Assembly: GCA_963663865.1 (NCBI GenBank)
Contig: OY760686.1
Coordinates: 1,056,001-1,120,000 of the forward strand
Source: Spirochaetota bacterium
Lineage (GTDB): Bacteria > Spirochaetota > UBA4802 > UBA5550
Length of the DNA: 64,000 bases
Direction: 5' to 3'
The notes beneath the pieces are model-generated. The model saw only the letters and a program-made list of their open reading frames with translations. It was not told the DNA's origin and did not search any database. Below are positions 57,262 to 64,000 of the stretch, in pieces (position 1 is the stretch's first letter; every line of letters starts with the position of its first letter). Position numbers and translations under genes: made by a program.

Positions 57262-57720
57262 ATGTTTTTTCCCGGGAAAGCAGTTTTAACTTTATTTTCT
57301 ATTATGGTGGCAATATCAGTTGCTGGATGTAAAAATGAAGACGCAACAGCCCGCAAAGATTCAAAAGCAGTCGGTGAAACATTAAGTAGTGAAGTTTCGT
57401 CAGCGACAGGCAATGCAGGAGAGCAACAAAAGCAGAATAAAGTAACCTTCCTTGAGTTCGGTTCCGTCAATTGCATTCCGTGCAAGATGATGAAGCCTGT
57501 AATGGAGAAGGTTGAGAATACATATCCTGACAGGGTAAAAGTCGTGTTTCACGACGTATGGACTCCTGATGGAAGGGACCTGGGCAGCGCGTACGGCGTA
57601 AGAATGATTCCAACTCAGGTGTTTCTGGACAGTGAAGGAAAGGAATTTTTCAGGCACGAAGGCTATCTTCCCTTTGAACAGGCTGATAAGATTTTACGGA
57701 GTCATGGAGTCGGAAAATGA
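57262..57720 (+). CDS. Thioredoxin-family lipoprotein
   Basis: Lipobox VAGC; EFGSVNCIPCKMM, IPTQVF. Confidence 0.85.
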   Translation: MFFPGKAVLTLFSIMVAISVAGCKNEDATARKDSKAVGETLSSEVSSATGNAGEQQKQNKVTFLEFGSVNCIPCKMMKPVMEKVENTYPDRVKVVFHDVWTPDGRDLGSAYGVRMIPTQVFLDSEGKEFFRHEGYLPFEQADKILRSHGVGK

Positions 57721-58421
57721 TGTCTGAACTCTTCGAAGGCCTCTCCGCCATGCTGAGTTCCTCCCCGGGCATTGCCGTTGTTGCTTCGTTTTTGTGGGGT
57801 GTGGCAAGTATTATTTTTTCACCTTGCCACCTGGCGAGCATTCCACTGGTTGTAGGCTACATAGACTCGCAGGGCGGCATGAATACCTCAAGGGCTGCCC
57901 TGGTTTCTACCCTGTTTTCCGGAGGCATACTGATAACAATCGCGGCAATAGGAGTTATTACCGGGCTTGCTGGAAGAATGATGGGCGATATCGGTATTTA
58001 CGGGAATGCCGCGGTTGCGGCTATTATGCTTATTTTCGGACTCTACCTTCTCGGGGTAATGCCGATACCGTTTCTGTCAAAAGGCTTTAACACTCCTGGA
58101 ATAAAGCGTAAAGGTCTTTTTGCAGCATTTGTTCTGGGGCTGTTTTTCGGTATTGCGCTTGGACCATGTACGTTCGCGTTTATGGCTCCAATGCTGGGTG
58201 TTGCGTTCGCGGTTGCTTCAGACAACTTACTGTACTCATCGGCGTTGATTGCAGCTTATGCTCTGGGCCATTGCATCATAATTGTACTGGCGGGCTCGTT
58301 CTCTCAGACGGTTCAGCGCGTTTTGAACTGGAATGAAAAATCAAAGGGACTTCTTTACATGAAAAGAGTGTGCGGTTTGCTCGTCATTGCAGCCGGTGTC
58401 TATATGCTTATTAAACTTTAA
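57717..58421 (+). CDS. ccdA: CcdA/DsbD-type transmembrane electron transporter
   Basis: SPCHLASIP and GPCT cysteine pair; about 6 TM. Confidence 0.85.
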   Translation: MMSELFEGLSAMLSSSPGIAVVASFLWGVASIIFSPCHLASIPLVVGYIDSQGGMNTSRAALVSTLFSGGILITIAAIGVITGLAGRMMGDIGIYGNAAVAAIMLIFGLYLLGVMPIPFLSKGFNTPGIKRKGLFAAFVLGLFFGIALGPCTFAFMAPMLGVAFAVASDNLLYSSALIAAYALGHCIIIVLAGSFSQTVQRVLNWNEKSKGLLYMKRVCGLLVIAAGVYMLIKL

Positions 58422-58433
58422 CAGGTTATTTGT

Positions 58434-59489
58434 ATGATATGTTGTGATGAAAAAAAACTAACATTCGCCGACAGATTCCTGTCTGTCTGGATACTGCTTG
58501 CCATGATGGCTGGTGTCCTCATGGGATATTTTGTTCCTTCATCGGTAAATTTCTGGAACAGCTTTAACTATGGAACAACGAATATTCCTATAGCAATCGG
58601 CCTGATTCTAATGATGTACCCGCCTCTGGCCAAAGTTAAATACGAAAACCTCCCGGCAGTTTTTAAAAACTGGAGGGTCCTTTTGCTGTCGCTGCTTCAG
58701 AACTGGATAATTGGGCCTTTGCTCATGTTTGCTCTCGCAGTTTTGTTTCTTGCCGATTATCCTCACTATATGACGGGTCTCATAATGATCGGTATTGCCC
58801 GCTGCATTGCAATGGTTATCGTGTGGAATGACCTGGCCGGAGGAGACAGCGAGTACGCGGCGGGACTTGTCGCCTTTAACAGCATTTTTCAGATACTCTT
58901 CTACAGCCTGTATGCCTGGATATTTGCGGCTTATATTCCTGAGCTTCTGGGGCTGGAAGGCGCGGTTGTAGGCATAGGCATGGCCGATGTTGCCGGGAGC
59001 GTTCTGATATATCTTGGAATCCCGTTTTTCGGAGGGATGCTGAGCCGCTGCTTCCTGATAAAATATCGGGGAGAAGAATGGTACAACGGCAAGTTTATTC
59101 CTGCGGTCAGCCCGGTAACACTCGCGGCCCTTCTATTCACCATACTTGTTATGTTCAGCCTGAAGGGTGAATTTATCGTAAAGATTCCTTTTGATGTCCT
59201 TCGAATTGCTGTACCGCTTATGTTCTACTTCGTTATCATGTTTCTTATGAGCTTTTACACTGGCAGGAAGGCCGGAGCGGACTATCCCGTAACCACTTCG
59301 CTTGCTTTTACCGCTGCAAGCAACAACTTTGAACTGGCGATTGCCGTTTCAATTGCGGTGTTTGGAATAAACTCAGGAGAAGCATTCGCGGCGGTAATAG
59401 GCCCGCTTGTTGAAGTGCCGGTGCTTCTGGCCCTTGTTTACGCTGCGAGATTTTTTCAGAAAAAATATTTCGGAGACGGAAAGAAATGA
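58434..59489 (+). CDS. acr3: Acr3 arsenite efflux pump
   Basis: [43 protein letters not shown]. Confidence 0.95.
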   Translation: MICCDEKKLTFADRFLSVWILLAMMAGVLMGYFVPSSVNFWNSFNYGTTNIPIAIGLILMMYPPLAKVKYENLPAVFKNWRVLLLSLLQNWIIGPLLMFALAVLFLADYPHYMTGLIMIGIARCIAMVIVWNDLAGGDSEYAAGLVAFNSIFQILFYSLYAWIFAAYIPELLGLEGAVVGIGMADVAGSVLIYLGIPFFGGMLSRCFLIKYRGEEWYNGKFIPAVSPVTLAALLFTILVMFSLKGEFIVKIPFDVLRIAVPLMFYFVIMFLMSFYTGRKAGADYPVTTSLAFTAASNNFELAIAVSIAVFGINSGEAFAAVIGPLVEVPVLLALVYAARFFQKKYFGDGKK

Positions 59490-61132
59490 GAATCGTAATT
59501 ATCGGAGCTGTAGCTGCAGGGACATCAGTCGCGGCTAAGGCAAGACGTAACTCGGAGGATGCAGAGATTGTTATCTATGAGAAAGACAGCGATATATCCT
59601 ATTCTGTCTGCGGTCTTCCGTATTATATCGGAACCGATATTGAGCGCGCAAAGCTGACCCCCAGAGATCCAGCCTGGTTTAAAAAACGCTACAACATTGA
59701 CATCAAAAACCGTTATGAGGTAGTCGATGTCGATATCAAAAAAAAGACCGTTACAGTCCATGACATCGCCGGTGACAGGGTTTTTAGCGACAGCTATGAC
59801 AGGCTTGTCTTCTGTACCGGAGCCAGACCGGTAATTCCCGGGATACCTGGAACAGATCTCGAGTTTGTCTTCACCCTCAGAAACGTTCGCGACGCTGACA
59901 GGATTAAAGACTTCATTTCGAAAAAGAAAGTCAGCACGGCCCTGGTAGCGGGCTCTGGATTCATCGGACTTGAAATGGCGGAGGCCCTCGCCGGAACTGG
60001 CATAGAGGTTTCTGTTATTGAGAAAGCGTCGTCGATACTTCCGGCTATGGACGGTGACATGTCCGTCTACATTGAGGAATACCTGCGGGGCAGGGGGATA
60101 ATGACCTTCAAAGACGATTATATAACCTCAATAGAAAAGACAGGCCTGTGCCGCACCGCGTCAGGAAAGGAGCACAGAGCTGATCTCATCATAATTTCAG
60201 CGGGAGCACGGCCTGAGACATCGCTTGCCGTTAAGTCCCGCATTGAGACGGCGTCCAACGGTGCTATCATAACCGATGAGTACATGGAAACATCGGTAAA
60301 AGGTGTTTATGCTGCCGGGGACTGCGCTATGACCAGGTCGCTTATCACCGGCGAATATCTTTACCGTCCACTGGGTTCAACAGCGAATAAGACTGGCAGA
60401 ATCTGCGGTGACGCCATGACAGGAGGCCCTTTGAGCTTCAGAGGAATTCTCGGAACAGGTATTGTAAGAATCTTTGACAGGACAGCTGCGATGACCGGCC
60501 TGACCGAGAGAGATGCACGAGAGGCTGGTTTTGTGCCGGAGGTGATTCACAATATAAAACCGGACAGGTCCGAGTATATGCCCGGCAGCAGCCAGATGGT
60601 GATCAAGGCGGTAGCAGACAGGAAGACCGGGCGCATTCTCGGCGCGCAGATTTTCGGTGCTGACGGAGTGGATAAGCGTATTGATGTGTTTGCAACTGCC
60701 ATAACGTTTAAGGCAAAGGCTGAAGACCTGTTTCACCTCGACTTGGCTTACGCGCCGCCCTATTCAACGACAAAGGACCCGGTTATGTATACCGGGATGA
60801 TTCTTGACAACGCGATTAACAGGGGCAGAAGTCTTATTACGCCCGCAGAGCTTAGGCGGCGCGTCGGTGCCGGAGATCTTATTCAGATTATTGATGTAAG
60901 AAGCCCGGCGGATTACGCCAGGGGGCATATTCCGGGCGCGGTCAATATTCCTCTCAGCGAAATAAGGGACAGGCTTGATGAGATCAGCCGGGAGCACCCG
61001 GTTGTGACTCACTGCAACAAGGGAGTATCCGGAAACGCGGCACAGAACATTCTGATTCTTAAGGGTTACAGCGAGGTTTATAACCTCTCAGGAGGATACA
61101 AGAATTATGCTGCCGGCATCGGCCTGAGCTAA
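59486..61132 (+). CDS. CoA-disulfide/persulfide reductase-rhodanese fusion (FAD-dependent)
   Basis: [37 protein letters not shown], rhodanese GHIPGA and HCNKG. Confidence 0.88.
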   Translation: MRIVIIGAVAAGTSVAAKARRNSEDAEIVIYEKDSDISYSVCGLPYYIGTDIERAKLTPRDPAWFKKRYNIDIKNRYEVVDVDIKKKTVTVHDIAGDRVFSDSYDRLVFCTGARPVIPGIPGTDLEFVFTLRNVRDADRIKDFISKKKVSTALVAGSGFIGLEMAEALAGTGIEVSVIEKASSILPAMDGDMSVYIEEYLRGRGIMTFKDDYITSIEKTGLCRTASGKEHRADLIIISAGARPETSLAVKSRIETASNGAIITDEYMETSVKGVYAAGDCAMTRSLITGEYLYRPLGSTANKTGRICGDAMTGGPLSFRGILGTGIVRIFDRTAAMTGLTERDAREAGFVPEVIHNIKPDRSEYMPGSSQMVIKAVADRKTGRILGAQIFGADGVDKRIDVFATAITFKAKAEDLFHLDLAYAPPYSTTKDPVMYTGMILDNAINRGRSLITPAELRRRVGAGDLIQIIDVRSPADYARGHIPGAVNIPLSEIRDRLDEISREHPVVTHCNKGVSGNAAQNILILKGYSEVYNLSGGYKNYAAGIGLS

Positions 61133-61356
61133 GATTGACGGGAAATCTTTTTTGGAGGGGGGATAATGACGTTCCGCGGGTGAATATTCGCCCCTGACGA
61201 AAAATGAATTGAAATTAACAGGCAATTTGAGTTTATAATCAGCCCTGAGGATGGCCTGCGCGAAAATGTTCATTCAGCTTTTTGAAATGTCCGCGGGCTT
61301 TGCCGAAATAAGCTGCCGGTTCTAACAGAACCTGTCGGCAGTAAAAGGAGATTGCT

Positions 61357-62019
61357 ATGCTTTGTAAAAAAATACCGGCAGCGGCATTTGCCGTTATACT
61401 GTTTTTGTCGTGCGCGACTGCCGTGAAGAATCAGCAGGGTGACGAGGTTTCATTCATAAGCGTGGGAGGTTACGCCGGCTCAATACCCCACAGCGAAATT
61501 GCCGATCTTGTCGGATACAGCGTTAATCTGCCTGAAAGGCTTGGAGCCGGATTTTTCATCGCAAACCGCTCAATCGGGGCGGGGCTTTCAGTTCCGGTAA
61601 ATGATAGTGACGCGGCCAGGCTGAGCCCTGTTCTTGAGAAGGCCGTGTTGAACAAAGCCGCATTCAATGAGCTTGCACAGTACAGACCGTACAGGTCATA
61701 CGGCGCGTTCTATTCATCGCGGGGCCGAAGCGGAAACGCGATCGTTGTAGGAACAATGCCGGAAGGGTTCTACGAGGCTGTTGAGGAACGCCCTCTCAAA
61801 GAGAATGCGGCCGGATCAGGAATAAAAATAAGCGGTATTTATATCGACGGTATAAGCGCAGATCTTATTGAGTATCCGGCCGAGTCGAAGCAGCCGCTCT
61901 GTCTCGCGTGGAAAATGAACGGTACGGCATTCATGCTTTTCGGCCTTGAGGGAACGGCGCTTACCCTCAGGGAGGCATCGGACGCCGCCCGTGATGTTAT
62001 AAGGGCCAACCGCCGTTAA
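61357..62019 (+). CDS. Hypothetical lipoprotein
   Basis: AAGGAG RBS; lipobox FLSC. Confidence 0.65.
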   Translation: MLCKKIPAAAFAVILFLSCATAVKNQQGDEVSFISVGGYAGSIPHSEIADLVGYSVNLPERLGAGFFIANRSIGAGLSVPVNDSDAARLSPVLEKAVLNKAAFNELAQYRPYRSYGAFYSSRGRSGNAIVVGTMPEGFYEAVEERPLKENAAGSGIKISGIYIDGISADLIEYPAESKQPLCLAWKMNGTAFMLFGLEGTALTLREASDAARDVIRANRR

Positions 62020-62987
62020 CAGTACTTAAGACCGACGGCCTCTTTGACCTCTGACAGCGTCAGGGAGGCCGTCCGGCGGGCTTTTTCGGCCCCCTTTCTT
62101 AGAATGTTTGCTGCCTCCGCCGGGTCTGCGGCCAGCTCTTCTCTCCTCTTGCGGTATGGTGCGAAGTAGTCGATTACAAGCCCGAGCAGTTCCTTTTTTG
62201 CCTCTCCATATCCCATGCCGCCCTTCAGGTATTTTTCTTTCATTATGGCTGCCTGCGCGCTGTCCGCGAAGAGCCTGTACAGGGCAAAGATTGTGCAGCT
62301 GTCGGGGTTTTTCGGCTCTTCAACCGGTGTTGAGTCGGTCACTATCCTCATTATCTTCTTTTTGAGCTGCTTCTCGTCGTCGAAAATGTTTATCGCGTTG
62401 CCGTAGCTTTTTGACATCTTCTGCCCGTCTACACCGGGAATAACAGCGATGTCATCCGATATCTGCGGGTCGGGAAGCACGAGAATATCGCCGTAGGTGT
62501 TGTTGAAGCGCTGGGCTATGTCCCGCGTTATCTCAAGATGCTGCTTCTGGTCCTTGCCGGTCGGAACGAGTTCGGCTTTGAACAGAAGTATATCGGCGGC
62601 CATGAGCACCGGATAGGTGTACAGGCCGGTGTTCGGGGTCAGCCCTCTGGCGACCTTGTCCTTGTAGCTGTGGCTTCTTTCGAGAAGCCCGAGCGAGGTG
62701 TGGCATGAGAGTATCCAGGCAAGTTCGTTGACCTCGGGGATGTCGGACTGGACCCAGAAACAGCATTTGTCCGGGTCAAGGCCGAGGGCGAGAAAATCGA
62801 GGGCCGCTTCCATGGTATTCCTGGCCAGTTCCTTGCCGTCGTGAAGGCTTGTCATTGAGTGATAGTTTGCTATGAAGCAGTAGAGCTCGCTGCTGTCCTG
62901 CAGCTCGATCATCGGCTTCATCATGGCGAAGTAGTTGCCTATATGCAGTGTACCGGAGGCCTGTACCCCCGACAGTATTCTCTTCAT
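62016..62987 (-). CDS. trpS: Tryptophanyl-tRNA synthetase
   Basis: HIGN, YPVLMAADIL, GKDQKQHLE, KMSKS. Confidence 0.97.
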   Translation of the reverse strand: MKRILSGVQASGTLHIGNYFAMMKPMIELQDSSELYCFIANYHSMTSLHDGKELARNTMEAALDFLALGLDPDKCCFWVQSDIPEVNELAWILSCHTSLGLLERSHSYKDKVARGLTPNTGLYTYPVLMAADILLFKAELVPTGKDQKQHLEITRDIAQRFNNTYGDILVLPDPQISDDIAVIPGVDGQKMSKSYGNAINIFDDEKQLKKKIMRIVTDSTPVEEPKNPDSCTIFALYRLFADSAQAAIMKEKYLKGGMGYGEAKKELLGLVIDYFAPYRKRREELAADPAEAANILRKGAEKARRTASLTLSEVKEAVGLKYC

Positions 62988-63096
62988 GATTAACTCCGTT
63001 TCACGGCGGGCATCGCCGTGTAATGTATTGGGGCGGAAAGTCCACTCGTGTTAGAGAAATGCCGTCGGGCTGATACGTCAATAAAAAATCTGGTAT

Positions 63097-63696
63097 TTAC
63101 GATGTTGTATAAGTTTCAACCACCATGTTCCAGAGTGTTTTGAGGGCTTCGTCAGACGAGCCTGATATCTCGGAGTTTTTAATTATATCTGTGCGGTTGC
63201 GTGTCATCCAGATGAAAAGACGGGATGCCCCGTCGTTAGCGTCTTCAGCAGCGTGGCAGAGCTTTACAAGCTTCCGCATCTCGTCCCTTGACATGAAGTT
63301 TCTCACCGTATCGATAACAATGACGAAGCTTGACTTGTCCTTTGCCTGCACGATCTCTACTTTTGAGTGGTTGAGAGGCCTGGGCGCGAGGATATCTGTA
63401 GAGACGGTCCTTGTCTTTACAACCTCGCTGCGGGCCTGAATTGATTCCCTTACCTTCTTGTTGGACAGCATCGTCTTTGCCTGTTTTATCAGGAAGGCGA
63501 TTTCCGTTTTATCAAGCTGTTTAACAAGCTTTGAGAGATCAGCGGCAAGCTTCCTGTCCTGTGCTGAAGCTTTGCTTACGGCCGCACCCTTGCCGGCAGC
63601 CTTTGTTTTAGCTGCCGCCGACGTGGGAGACTTTTTTGTTGATGCGGCTTTTGTCTTTTGCGATGTTTTTGATGGAACCTTTTTTCCCTTTGTCAT
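63097..63696 (-). CDS. Hypothetical basic protein with a Lys/Ala/Ser/Thr-rich N-terminal tail
   Basis: GGAGG RBS; low-complexity basic N-terminus then a helical domain. Confidence 0.7.
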   Translation of the reverse strand: MTKGKKVPSKTSQKTKAASTKKSPTSAAAKTKAAGKGAAVSKASAQDRKLAADLSKLVKQLDKTEIAFLIKQAKTMLSNKKVRESIQARSEVVKTRTVSTDILAPRPLNHSKVEIVQAKDKSSFVIVIDTVRNFMSRDEMRKLVKLCHAAEDANDGASRLFIWMTRNRTDIIKNSEISGSSDEALKTLWNMVVETYTTS

Positions 63697-63745
63697 GGTT
63701 ACCTCCGGTCAATCATGTGTGTATCGGCAAAAGGTTAGACTGGAA

Positions 63746-64000
63746 TTAGAGATATTTGAGTATCTCATCCGCGTGCTCATCGGGTTTTACTTTTCGGAAT
63801 ACCCTCGCGACGGTTCCCTCTTCATCAATTATGAAAGTGGAACGGATAACTCCCATTGTGGTCTTGCCGTACATGTTTTTTTCACCCCAGGCCCCGTATT
63901 CCTGTATGACGGTTTTTTCAGTATCTGAAAGGAGATAAAAGGGGAGACCGAATTTCAGCTTGAATTTGCCATGCGAGTCCGGTGAATCCGCGCTTATGCC
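63746..64000 (-). CDS. bcp: Thiol peroxidase Bcp/PrxQ, 3' part (gene runs off the window; not in the ORF track)
   Basis: Manual translation: GISADSPDSHGKFKLKFGLPFYLLSD...YGAWGEKNMYGKTTMGVIRSTFIIDEEG...KVKPDEHADEILKYL*. Confidence 0.9.
   Translation of the reverse strand, partial: GISADSPDSHGKFKLKFGLPFYLLSDTEKTVIQEYGAWGEKNMYGKTTMGVIRSTFIIDEEGTVARVFRKVKPDEHADEILKYL

Noticed and set aside
62988-63096. T-box leader for trpS
   Set aside because: The region is only about 110 bp and lacks the GGTGGNACCGCG T-box sequence
1-64000. rRNA, tRNA, tmRNA or CRISPR arrays
   Set aside because: None recognised by eye in the intergenic regions; a tRNAscan/Infernal run would be needed to exclude them fully

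Overview
Bacterial chromosomal window, mostly housekeeping and stress-adaptation genes of a diderm, chemotactic organism (holA-lptE, MCP, many lipoproteins). A free-living, probably anaerobic spirochaete is my inference from gene content, not proven. Contents: an SSS transporter-ablA-ablB locus (N-epsilon-acetyl-beta-lysine osmolyte), beta-carbonic anhydrase, a CZB chemoreceptor, PerR-peroxiredoxin, a yeiH / LysR-methyltransferase fusion, tldD-pmbA, split chromate transporter, a GH3 lipoprotein, a 1.6-kaa GH13-GT5 fusion, queF, csp, GAF/HD-GYP, lrgAB, an intact IS256 with target-site duplication, corA, icd, hicBA, rluD, an extended ars/redox operon, trpS and a partial bcp. No rRNA, tRNA or CRISPR array was seen. 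The two best candidates for undescribed systems are: (1) an intact IS110-family recombinase homologue whose RuvC Asp and Tnp-domain Ser appear substituted, preceded by a structured non-coding segment (possible domesticated, nuclease-dead RNA-binding or RNA-guided protein); (2) two tandem cassettes, each a start-less 3' tail of an M4 (thermolysin-like) protease gene followed by a divergent 7-repeat beta-propeller lipoprotein, resembling orphan recombination or immunity cassettes. All family calls come from motif recognition by eye; no searches were run.
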